Origin: Camelus ferus
Taxonomy: Eukaryota
Length of the DNA stretch: 64,000 nucleotides
Reading direction: 5' to 3'
NCBI RefSeq assembly: GCF_009834535.1
Contig: NC_045696.1
Location: 63,676,001-63,740,000 of the forward strand
Part shown: positions 1 to 11,060 of the stretch, piece after piece
Position numbering within the stretch: position 1 is the first letter of the stretch
Layout: every line of letters begins with the position of its first letter
Notes under the pieces: generated by a model
Databases searched by the model: none
The model's input: the letters and a program-made list of their open reading frames with translations, nothing else
What the model was told of the DNA's origin: nothing
Program-made: the position numbers and the translations under genes

Positions 1-148
1 CCCAGTGACACCTGCCGTCCCGTTATGCAGGCAGCTGGGAGCACACCTGGAGCTGGTGTTTCACAGTCCAGGCTGTGCGGTACGTCCCTGTGGACGGCAA
101 CTGTGGTCTGAACATCATGAGTTACTTTCCAGAGACTCCCGGGGCTAA

Positions 149-230
149 GGAGAAGGGTACTAGCTCAGGAGTAGAGTGCGTCCTTAGTGTGAATGAGGTC
201 CTGGGTTCACTAAATACATAGCTGAATAAA
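149..230 (+). mobile_element. tRNA-Ala-derived SINE (vic-1 type), diverged
   Basis: GGGTACTAGCTCAGGAGTAGAGTGCG...GAGGTCCTGGGTTCA: A-box/B-box tRNA head followed by an A-rich tail. Confidence 0.75.
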
Positions 231-419
231 TGGTCGTTTGCTCCTTTATAAACAAAATGCACTTTATTCAAGGAGCTCCAAGATTTCAGCAACCACAGCC
301 TCTCAGGTTGACAATACCAGATGCTTTGCCCCCACCTCTGCTTAGCGACAGCTCCAGGACCAGAAGGTCTGGGGTTGGCATCTCCTTAATCCTCACTCCA
401 GCCAGTAACAGCAGACTCC

Positions 420-765
420 GTGCTGGCCCTCCGGCACACTCCTGCCTCAGAGATTTGTACCTGCTGTTCCCACTGCCTGGAACCGTCTACCCCGGGTACT
501 CCCATGACTTCACATCCTTCCTTTATCCAAATGTCCCCTTCCAGACAGACCCTCTCTACCTCTCTTCCCTTTCTCTCTTTTACCTTGTTTTATTTCCTTC
601 CATAACACCTATCACTGCCTGTGAGTATGTGATTATTTATTGTCTAAGTTGCCTACTAATATGTAAGTTCCATAAAGGCAGAGATTCCTGTCTGTTTTTT
701 TTTTTTTCGCCCCAGAACCTCAAACAGCACCTGACACTTAATACATTTTGGTGAAAGAATGAATG
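420..765 (+). mobile_element. L2 LINE 3' end
   Basis: TGTAAGTTCCATAAAGGCAGAGA...CCCAGAACCTCAAACAGCACCTGACAC...GAATGAATG matches the L2 terminus. Confidence 0.75.
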
Positions 766-1829
766 TACAAGCTTGGCTCGGAGTTTTTTTTTGGTCTTAA
801 GGATTCCATATCACCTCCAACCTTTGCTCCACTGCAGTGGGCGTGTATGAACCAGACGGAGGTGTGAGAGGCAGACCTAATAAAATCACCTCCTACCTAA
901 GAGCAGCTGTGCCCTACCTGGCCTGCTCGCCCCGGGCTGCCCCCGGTCAAACCTTGGCAGCTGCAGGGTGGGTACTCGCCCTCCCAGGGCTGCCACACGG
1001 TGCTATCTGCCATCCCCACCCAGGGGTCCTTGTGTGACTTCCCGGAGGATGGACACCCCATGGCCTTGCTTTGAATTCCTCTTCTTTGACTCAGAGGGGC
1101 TGGAGGAGCTAAGCAACAAAGGCTGTTTAAAATCGAGTCTTCCCGATTGTTTGACCTGGTAAATAGATAAACAAGAAAGGGGGGAAGAAAAGGGAGAAAT
1201 GCAGAGGCTGGCCTGGGCACTCCAGCTGTGGGCCCCCGTGGGCCTGGCCGACAGGAGCCCAATTACTGCAGGGCCAGTGCACCTGTGAGGAGTTAATGAG
1301 AGGTGTGGGGGGTAGGCATGGGGGGGGCCGCAGGGGCTCCGATTAGGACCCCAGAGAGGCGGCCCGTGCCCCCCCCCCCCACAGGCCTAATGACCGATTA
1401 ATCCCAGCAGGTTACATCTGGGCACAGCACTCCATCTCTTTCTCAGGAGGAAGAGGGAGTTATAGGTGGGCCTCCCACTTGGTTTCTTTAGGATTTTTAG
1501 ATCCTGGAGCTGTTTCTGAATTTAATACTAAAAAGGGCATAAATTAACATATAGGTGGGGTGGGGGGTTTCCAGTGGGCGGTCTACTGAAGGAGGTCAGC
1601 AGGAATCTGCCGGAGAATCAGAGGCTGTCACAGAGCCCGAGTTCAATCCCCTCGCTTCTCAGAGGCAGAGCCTGAGACGCACGGCGGGCTTTTCAAGAGA
1701 CCCTCAGGAGAGAGTGGCTTCTTGGGACAGGAAGAAACTGCTCGTCGGAGGGTCAGTGTAGGGGGTTCCGGGGCTGCATGATGGTGAGAAGCCTCTGGAA
1801 CAGAATTCCGGCTCTGCTGCTGCTGAAGC

Positions 1830-1950
1830 TTCCTGTCCTCCCTGCTCCTTATCTGTGAAATGGGAGCAGTGCCAATGCCTGCTCCCAGGGCTGCTGCAAG
1901 GGCTAAACGCACCCAGAGGAAAGCCTGGGCCAAGACAGCCTGAAGCAAGG
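1830..1950 (+). mobile_element. MIR fragment
   Basis: Core-like CTCCTTATCTGTGAAATGGGA...CCCAGGGCTGCTGCAAGG. Confidence 0.6.
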
Positions 1951-2639
1951 GCTAGATTCTATAATTATTTTGGTCTGCTTTTCCAGGGCCCCTTCCGCTG
2001 TCCCTCCTCGAGGTGAGGGTCAGACTCAGACTGCAGATGTGGGTGGATGGTGTCTGATGTCATTCATTTCAGCCTCACAGTGTCCTTCTGGGCGCCGGCT
2101 GTGACAGGCAACGTACATGTGCCAATGTGAGAAAGAGGCTGCACTCCTGAAGGGCCACTGGGAAGAGCCGCCGCTGCGAGTCAGGAGACACGACTTTGAG
2201 AGGCGGGTCTCCCTCGTGCCACACGTCACCTCAGCCAGCTGCTTCATCTTCCTCCATCTCTGTGTTTCCCTCCCTCAGGACTCGAGCAAGGATCAAATGA
2301 CCCAAGTGCACACAGAGGGTCTCTGACTGCAGGGAAATGTTTGTGCTAAGGTGAGGTGACAGAGGGGCTGAAGTGGCCCCTCACTCAAAGGACCCCCAAT
2401 TGCGCTCAGCCCGACGTGGGCTGTATGTTAATAATGCTGAGAGCGGGCAGCAGAGAAGACTCCTGGGTGGGTCTGCTGGACACCCACACCGGGGTCTGGG
2501 CGGGGCAATCTAGGCCAGAGCCCTCCTCCTGCCTTACAAACAATGCCACAGTCCAATACTCTGTCCTTTCTCTCCTCTGTGGCTTCCTGCTGAGTTTGCA
2601 CCCTTATTTCTTTATAAAAGTTCAGGCCCTTGATTTCAC

Positions 2640-3060
2640 TTGCTCCTGGCCTACTTCTGGCCCATGACATCTTCTGGCTCTGGGGGTACCCCTGTGTGCC
2701 TACTGTTGTCCCCGTGCACTGCCCCTGCTGGGTTGGCTGTGTATAGCCTGCACATGGTTTGCCTGTCTCTCTCTAGGGACCCTACTCCCATGGGCACATG
2801 TCATGGTCTGGGTACTCCCTCATCCATGCCACAGCTTAGCAGCTCCAAGCTCCTGGAGAACAGGGCTTCCCTGGCCCTTTATGGGAGCTCTGAGGGCCAT
2901 GGGAGAGTGAATTACTTCCTTCCTGAGGCACGGATCAGTGTCTGTTACATTCAGTGATGTCCCACGCCCAATCCTATTTCTCAATCCTATCTTGCTTAAC
3001 AAATTCCCCTTCTCTATAAAGTGTCTTGTTGATCTCAGAACCCATTCTCTGGGTGGCTGT
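2640..3060 (+). mobile_element. ERV-L solo LTR fragment (LTR33/LTR16-like)
   Basis: CTTCCTGAGGCACGGATCAGTGTCTGTTACATTCAGTGAT and a degenerate poly(A)-signal region resemble LTR33-type LTRs. Confidence 0.5.
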
Positions 3061-3239
3061 AGAAGACAGCATGCCTTGGCTTCCTCCTGGAGAGGCTCCT
3101 TTCACTGGTGGTACCAGGCGCATGCTCACCATGTTATGGGTTTGGTCTTCAGGGCTGGAACTGCATTCTCATTTATGCCCACATGGCCTCTCCCACACAG
3201 CCCACTGATCTCAAGGCCTCCCGGGTGAAAGCACCGTTT

Positions 3240-3830
3240 GATGTCATCATTCCTCAGCTCAGATCCTTAGACAGCTCCCATTACTTTTGAAATCAAAGGC
3301 AAATTTCTCACCTTGGTAGTCAGGACCTCAGACCTAGCCCTCCAAACGCAACCTGCATTTGCCCCCAGTAAGTGCCTGTGGTTGCATCTCCAGTGAATTG
3401 CTCAGTGTTTTCCAGACCTTCCCCTCAATCTTCTCTGCCTTCATCCCCTTCCTTACATTGTTCCCTCTGTTTGGGACAACGTCCCCCAACAAAACAATGT
3501 TCAGGAGGAGCCTGGAAAGCTCCGGTTCCTCCGCCTGCTGGGATCACGTAGAGCTTTTAAGAACCATCTTGAGCTTTCAAGATACATCTTGAACATCATC
3601 TTGTTTACAAAATCTCTGACTAGACGAGGTCCCTTCATCCTTTCATCCTCTAGATGTCCATCCATACCCCTCCTTTGTTTTCCTCAACTTTTACAAGTGC
3701 TTCTGTAACTCCCTCATTCTTTCCCACCCCTGTGCCTGGAAGCTCTTTGAGGATGAGGTCTTGGTCTCCATTTCATTTCCTCTCCTGGGCTGTGCACATG
3801 GTGCTGTCCTGAGATTATAACCTAACTGAA
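3240..3830 (+). mobile_element. Degraded L2 fragments
   Basis: Pyrimidine-rich L2-like tract ending in GGAAGCTCTTTGAGGATGAGG...TGTGCACATGGTGCT. Confidence 0.45.
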
Positions 3831-4989
3831 CAACTAGAGTATCAGGAGCAGCAACTCTGGAAACACAGGTGCCACCTCTAACCTTACAAGTCTTGTTTCT
3901 AATTTCTGTCTGGGTCCCACGGACCTTATAAAAAGGGTGCTTTGCTTTCAGCATCATTTGCTTGAGCTGCTGGAATCAAAAGCCAACACATCTCAATCAC
4001 TTTAGACCTGAGAAGTCAAACTGCTGTTGCTTGCAAGTTAATGTCACTGTGGCTGTGCCTTGCAGGTGGGTCATTCAAAGGGGAGCCACACGTGGTTTTG
4101 CTCAGCTCTAGGGAGGCCAAACATGAGTTTCTTAAACTTTTCCAACCAATCCCTATTGAGGAAAAAAAGATAGAGATCGGGCTATTTGTTCAAACAATTT
4201 GATTAGCTAAAGCATGTTTTATAGTATCTGAAGGGTTGTTGAAAGAAGTTCCTGTCTCATCACTAAAGGTTGCATTCTTGAACTTGTGAAAGAAACTAGT
4301 TAATTAGCATGTCTTTATATCTCCCATACTTTTAGGTAGACTTATTTCCAGACATTTTCAGGATGCACTGGGGGAGGCTGTGATTAAGGAGTATTTTTTT
4401 TTTTTTTTTTTTGATGTGGTATGGAGGCTGAGTTTCTTGACAATGACTTGAAAAAGAGAATAAATTCTATTTTACATTAGTTGAATGTCTCTAATTGGGT
4501 CTTGAAGACCAAACAATTTCCCTCAAGACAGCTGGGCCTTTGGGTAGACCCAAACCAATTAACTCAAATTATATAATTTTCCTCCTACTCCTACCCTCAA
4601 AGCTTGACTTGCTTATTTAGTAAAGAGGAGGATTAGTGCAAGCACTAAGGAGTCCATCCTCCGGCGGCCTGGCACAATATCCTGAACTGAGTTCTGGGCC
4701 AGCCCGGAGCACCCTGGCTGGGAAGAAAGGAGAAAGGGGAGCTAAAGTCAAGCCGTCCCCTCGGAATGAGCCTCCTCTTTCTTGGGCTACAATGCAATTC
4801 AGCATAAATATATTACTGGATTACCAGGCAGCAGAAAGCAATCTAGCCTTTCAATGGAAACAAGCAATCTTTAGCCCTCCTAAACCTCTGAAAAAGTGCA
4901 GGAGCTAATTAACGCAACAAAACTCACGAGGTGATCAGAGTAGACCAGAGAAATGTGAATGGTTCTGGAGGAGTCTGAATAGGGGTTTA

Positions 4990-5037
4990 TGTGTGTGTGT
5001 CTCTGTGTGTGTGTGTGTCTGTGTGTCTGTGTGTGTG
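4990..5037. repeat. Interrupted (TG)n microsatellite
   Basis: Directly visible TG runs with TC interruptions. Confidence 0.9.
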
Positions 5038-6074
5038 GTTAAAGGGAGCAAAGAGCTGTCTTATGAATAGAGTTCATGTTTCTTCTCTTTCCGAGTGGTC
5101 TGTGAAGGCTGGGAGAAGCACTGGGCAAACGATAAAATGATACAACAATTCCAAATGTGCATTTTCCAAATTTTTAAATACCAATAATTTAAGAAAGTGG
5201 AAGAATCCTCGACACTTAATGACGCTACCACAAATATGCATTTTGTGATCCTTGTAACAAGATACTAAGTTTCTGATTTGATCGGTCTAAATGGAAATAT
5301 AAATGAATTTAAAATAGTTAAGTTCTAATAAGAAAGGGAAATTAGTGGTATCTCAAGGCTGGCAGGGTTTTTTCAGGGAAGACCTTTTTGATGTTTTTTG
5401 GCCTGAGGAATCCCAGTTCATAAGTGCTGCCTTTTATATGCCAGAAAGGGGAGGCAAAGAGCCACCCCCCCCACCCCAAATGTTCTGAGCATATAAAATA
5501 CGGCACTGAACTTACCCTAGTATTTTCTCACACCTTCTTTCCTGAGAAGACCCTGCCCTGGATACTGTTGGTTCCTTCAACTACTAGAATTGAACAGCTT
5601 CAGGGAACAGGCCTCCTTGCATTTCCAGATCCTAGGAGTTATCTTCCACATTTGACTTTTTGTTCATAATCTGTCAGAAAGGGCAATGGAATGAAATTAA
5701 TGTTCTCTAGGAAGCTATACCTTCATCTCCTAAAGCTCTCATGGATAAAGTAGCATCTTGTCTTCTGTTGATGCCCCCGTCTCTCTATGATTTTCTAAAA
5801 TCTATACGAGAGACCCTGGAGATAATGTTTATTGGTTTCCTTTAGAAGCTACTGACCGTCAGTATGAGATTCGGAGCTGGAGAATCACATCCCTTGGTCG
5901 TTTGGTCCATAGTACCTGTGACCAGTGCTTAGGCCTCCTGTGTTGACGGTCTGTTTTGGGGAGATGGGTTCTCAAATTTAGGGACCATAGCCCCAGGAAA
6001 AGCTACTCAGGTAAGACCCAGAATATGGATACCAATTAAAATAAAGATAATTGACTGTCGAGTTCAAATTCTGA

Positions 6075-6320
6075 AAAGAAGGTTGGAAATTATTTAGTCC
6101 ACTCCATTATTTTAAAGATGGAGCCATGGAGGGGTGCCAAGGGTATAGCTCAGTGGTAGACTGCGTGCTTGGCTAACATAAGGTCCTGGGTTCAATCCCC
6201 AGTGCCTCTGTTAAGGGGGAAAAAATCATGGCCTCCCAGGAAGAAAGATGGCCAGTTCAGTCACATGGGGACCTGGTGGTACTGCCTGACCAGAACTGAG
6301 TTCTCCTGACCCAGTTAAAG
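6075..6320 (-). mobile_element. MIR, split by a SINE insertion
   Basis: TAGTCCACTCCATTATTTTAAAGATGGAG on the left; AGTCACATGG...CAGAACTGAGTTCTCCTGAC on the right. Confidence 0.5.
6131..6225 (+). mobile_element. tRNA-Ala-derived SINE (vic-1 type), short form
   Basis: GGGTATAGCTCAGTGGTAGA...AGGTCCTGGGTTCAATCCCCAGTGCCTCT plus a short A tail. Confidence 0.85.
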
Positions 6321-7613
6321 AGTGGCCCCTGGCTATCAGTGCTGTTCACTTCCTAGTCACAGAAGCACCTCACTTATTCTGACTTTACAGCTTGCTGACG
6401 GACTCTGTGATTTACAGGTTGAGGTTTGACCCTACTACTGCAGGCTGGGCGGATTTGGCATCTGCGGTTGGGCTCTAAGGTGGAAAGCAGACAGGGCCCT
6501 CTCTTTGCTGCTCCTCTTCATTGGATGTAAAAGCAGGAGGTGTGTTCATTAACATAACGTTGCTGCTTCCATTTATAAGCCTTAGCTGGCCCTTCGCTTC
6601 GGGACTCTTCACTAAAATCGAAGTACCAGTTTGGTTTATTTTGAAAGTATCTTGAAAAGGAAAATGTTTGACCACTCCTCTCCTGGCTTTACCTCCATGT
6701 GCTGTGTGTAATGATCCAGAGAGAATCAATTGGACACTGCATTTTAAAGATAAGGATTGGGATTTTACTTCTGGGTAACCTGGTGACCCCAATCCATCTC
6801 TGTCTTACAAACCCTCTGAAGATTTGATGCTGCAGTCTGCAATTAAGTCCCAGCTCCCAAGAATGGCAACAGATGTTGCAATCCAAACACCTTTATTAAC
6901 TATTTATCTTTAGATGTGTATCAACAATCTCTTGGCCAACAGAAACAGCAGACTGCTTCTTAAATGGAAAATCACACTCTTTCATCTTCAAGCTATTTCA
7001 CTCTGTCATCTCTTATAGAAGATAAAAAAAGATATATTAGGAAGGTAGCCAATGATATTTAATTGCGCTTTAAAACTTTGCCTTTCTAAAAGTAGTTGTC
7101 ACAAATCTGGTGAAAATATGGCTATTAAGTGATATACCCCGACTGTACAAAGCATCCGATGGTATTTAGGGTATGCAGAAAACATACCCAAAGTGAAGAT
7201 TTCAATGTTTGATTTCTTTCTCTTTTTTTAACCTTATAACTTGCTGATTATATTTCATTTGCCAGACTTCGGCCCTGTTTGAGCCATGGTTTCAACATTT
7301 TAACAAATGATCCTTGCCACCCACTTGCCTTACAAGAAACTCATGAGGATTAGAAATGATGGTGCAGTGCTTTGAACGCTGAAGACGAAATACAAGGCCA
7401 AAATATGTTAAGCAGGACTCTGCATAATCCTTTGGCTTTGAACTCATCAAGGTTTTGTTCTAGAGCTGAACTCTCGCCTGGAGTTTATGAAGCTATTTCA
7501 GAGAGAGGAAAAGATAGTACTGTGGGATCAGAGAGGCTTCTGTTCACTGATTTAACTCCCTGGCTAACTGGGCTAGATTTCTCTCCCATGGGTAGGCAGA
7601 CCGGCTTCAAGGG

Positions 7614-8729
7614 CAGGGGTGAATTCACAGGGAGGTTAACGCAGTTTAAGCTTCTCATCAGCACAGGCCCTTCCAAGGTGTTCTCACTGCCATCGGTCTT
7701 CATGAAATTTGCAAAAATCAGATATTTTAACCACAATTGGCTAAGATTGCCATTTCCACTCTGACCTCCCTCCCATGGCACCCTGCAGGGCTGCCAAGCG
7801 ATGTTAAAGTGGCCCCTGAGCAGCTGTGCCCTCCAGCTAAGAGGACCTGAATTGAGGGTGCTGTAGTTTGGGCTTCGCAGGGTCTATTGATACCGTTTGC
7901 TGTCTCTCCTGTGTATAAAAAAGTTATTGCTAGACATTGAAGCAGGGTTGACTTCCAGGAATGCTACCTCCGCTTTGCTAAGGCACCTGCTGTCATGACA
8001 CAGAGAGGGGACCAAAGGTCCCATCCAGGATTCAGCTAAACCTCGGAGGCCTATGGGTAACTGGAGGAGAAGCAAGGTTCACAGAGCGGAGCTAAAAGTA
8101 GGTCTTCTAATCATCACATGTATACAATTGTAAATGAGGATTCCATTTCAAAGATGCCCGGTAAAAGCAAAGTTCCCTCCTGTCCGGACTGTACTTAACA
8201 AGGCATTACTTATAATGATAAGTGTATTCATCATGTATTTTTTCTTTTAGAATGAAAACTGTGTGAAGTACAATTGATCACAATTCTGTGTCTATAGACT
8301 CAGACCTGTAGGAGAGCTACAAAAAGCAAGTATATCTCGTGAGAAATTGTGAGCTTTGTGCTTCACAATTTTCGATAATAAAGAAACAAACTCCAGTCAA
8401 CCACACTAAAGAGCCTGCTGTCGCCCAGTTGTCTCCACTGAGCGTCATGTTACAGCAAAACCACTGTCCTATTAAGAGGCAATCAAAAAAACTTTAAAAG
8501 CATAGGTTAAAAAATACAGATACATAATTATATACATGATAAGCAGTTAATCATCCCAAATATAAAGTTGTCTTTAGGATTTTGAATATTTCCAGTACTT
8601 ACCAGCTTTCTAAATAAACATTCATGTTTGTATCTAATTTTTTACTTGTGATTTTTTATATTCTTTTACTCACAAAAGGCCCTCAAAGTCCTATTTGGTT
8701 CAGCCCCTATATAGCTTGGATCTGCATAG
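7614..8729 (+). mobile_element. Arthur1-type non-autonomous hAT-Tip100 DNA transposon
   Basis: 5' end CAGGGGTGAATTCAC...TTAAGCTTC...GGCCCTTCCAAGG, internal AAATTTGCAAAAATCAGATATTTTAACCACAATTGG, and 3' end TTCAGCCCC...CTTGGATCTGC follow the Arthur1 consensus. Confidence 0.8.
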
Positions 8730-9219
8730 GGCACGAGTTTCAGGCAGCAGAACTTAATTCTTCAAAGATGATTTAATTCAGGAGCCAATCACATCCATGC
8801 TCCTTGCTTCCCTCTGTCTCCCTCCACTAGGTTTCAGGAAATGAAGGCTTTCACATGAAGCTCTCTGCCTGAGATCACACGGCCATGTGTGGCAGAAACT
8901 GGACAAACCCATGTAGGAAGCAGAATGGATGTTGGGACCTCCTGGTCACAGAGATCAGCGGCGCAGGGGCTGATGAGAAGCCAACAGAGCCAGGTTGCAG
9001 TCTGGAAGGTCACTGGTTCATGTGTGACCTGGGATAATGAACTTCCCTCTTTGGGCCTCGCCATCCCCATTGATACAAGCCCAAAGGAGTTCCCTTCTTG
9101 TCATGGGTGGTTAGAGAAGGCCTCTGTGATAAAGCGAAATCTGAGCAGAGACACAAGGAAGTAAGAGAGTGAGTCACCTGGGTCTCTGGGTTTTCTCCGA
9201 AGAGGGGACAGCAACTCTT

Positions 9220-9480
9220 GAGACAAGAAAGCGCATGGCTTCTTGTAGGAACAGCAGAGGGCCGGTGTGCTCGAGCAGAGTGAGCGGGTGGGGAGAAGTA
9301 AGCATGAGGTCAGAGACTGAGAGAAGGCCATGGTCAGGGGGTTGAGTCTCAGGGAGATGGGGAGCTAATGAACACTGACATGACGTGACCTGACACTTAC
9401 TTAGACTGTCACTCTGTTGCTGTGTGGAGTGAGGGTGGAGACCAGAGAGGAATCTCCTGCAGTCACCCAGGTGCTGCCTG
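9220..9480 (-). mobile_element. L2 fragment
   Basis: GGAACAGCAGAGGGCCGGTGTGCTCGAGCAGAGTGAG...ATGAGGTCAGAGA, typical antisense L2. Confidence 0.65.
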
Positions 9481-10019
9481 GGGCAGGTGCCAGTGGGGAA
9501 GGTGCCACGATCACCTCCAATAAGAAGCACCAAGGCAGAAGCACCCGGAAAGCTGGAAAGAAGTGTGGGAAGGCGGTGCAAGCTGGGAAGATTGAGCCAG
9601 ACATCACCAAGCAGAGACAGTGGGCAGAGGCAATGTCGGTTTTATAGGGGAAATGGTGTCAACAAAGACACACGTGAGAAAAACAAAGGCTGTGCAAGAA
9701 CAGTGCCGTGAAATGACTGGGAGTGAGGGCTTTGGGCTCTGTGCCCTTAGACGATTTCTCACCTTCCATCCCTCGGAGTCCCTGCTGTCAAATGGGGACG
9801 TTATTGTCATTAGCAACAACATGGCGCTCATGTGGTGCTTTAGAGGCAACCGGTAAACAGTAGGTCTCACGGCCACAAGTGCAATTTTATTAAATGACAA
9901 AAAGCTCAGTGAGGCTGAAGCATAGGAATGTGATGGGCAGAAACCCGGGAAATCAGGCTGAGAAGGCTGGTTGAGGTCTGACAATGAGATGCCTTGGAGG
10001 GAGGCTACCTCGTCTGTTC

Positions 10020-10172
10020 AGGGACGGCTTCCCAGACTTGCTTGATGAGAAAAATCACCAGAAGTGCTTGTTGAAAGTGAGGTTCCCCTCCTGCCTGATA
10101 TGGGGCCCAGGGAACAGGAGTTTAGCAGGAGTCCCTGGTCATTCTTATACAGGGGGTGCTGCTCAGGAAACT
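10020..10172. mobile_element. MER5-like hAT-Charlie fragment
   Basis: AATCACCAGAAGTGCTTGTTGAAA...GGGGCCCAGGGAACAGGAGTTTAGCAGGAGTCCCTGGTCATTCTTAT. Confidence 0.55.
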
Positions 10173-10734
10173 TTTTTATTTTTTTAACTTCAGGTTGTAA
10201 TGGAAATGTCTTCAATGGCCAAGACGGGATGGATTCCTCTGCAAAAGCAACAATATATTTCATGCTTCTAGTTTTCCTAGCAACAGCAAGGAAGGTGATG
10301 GCACCGAGAGCTGGTGGAAGGAGAAAGTGTATGCGCGGGGACAGAAGGAATGCTCTGGCGACTTTTCCTGCCGCCAGCCTTCCCAGGAGAAGCTAAGCAA
10401 GGCAGCGGTGGAGCTTGTGTTCTCATCCTGGCTCCTATAGGCCCCATAAGTCACTGTGTGTCCTTGGGTTATTCTTGCCTCTTCTCAGAGCTGCAACTTC
10501 CTCCTCTGTTTGGAAAAAAAAAAAAGGAAAAAAAGAAAGAAAGAAAAAGGCTGGAGGGCTGAGTTGGGCAAACTCTAAAGTCCCTTCCAGCTCCAAGTTT
10601 ATCTGTTTATCAAACAGCCTAATTGCAACGGCTACAGCCTGGAGACAGTCTTTGCAAACTTCTCTGTCAGACTCGAGGCTTTGGGGGTTACACAAAGGGC
10701 AACGAATACCCCTGCCATCAAGATAAGAGAAGGA

Positions 10735-11060
10735 TCGCGTCCGAAGCGCTTTTCTCTCCGGAGGGTCGCAGGCATCTCTGCAGCGCACGCGCAGATCGCA
10801 GATCAGATGGGAGGGCCCCGGGACTTGTCTGATTTAACCCTTATCGCGCTGCAACACTTGGTGGGGCTGACGTGGAAGCGGTTAGACAGTTAGACGCTGC
10901 CAGTCTCACGTCTGCCCTGCAGTCCTGGGGCTGGGATAATGCTCAGGCCTTTCTCTGCCTGAAACAAATGAATCGGGTTTTTGTGTCCGCTGATTGGATG
11001 CCTTGTGATTCTGTGGTTTGAAAAGCAAAGAAATGAAATGCCTTTGATTTTAAATCAATC
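10735..11060. promoter_or_regulatory. Candidate promoter/enhancer (CpG-retaining, NRF1/CRE/NF-Y/TCF motifs)
   Basis: About 17 CpG in 10736-10910; GCGCACGCGCA 10783, CTTATC 10840, TGACGTGG 10868, CTGATTGG 10990, CCTTTGAT 11041; no repeat recognised. Confidence 0.5.

Noticed and set aside
10172..10300. Acceptor TTTTTTAACTTCAG with open frame GCNGNVFNGQDG...
   Set aside because: The donor (AAG|GTGATG) is weak, the peptide is unrecognised, and the T tract abuts a MER5 remnant
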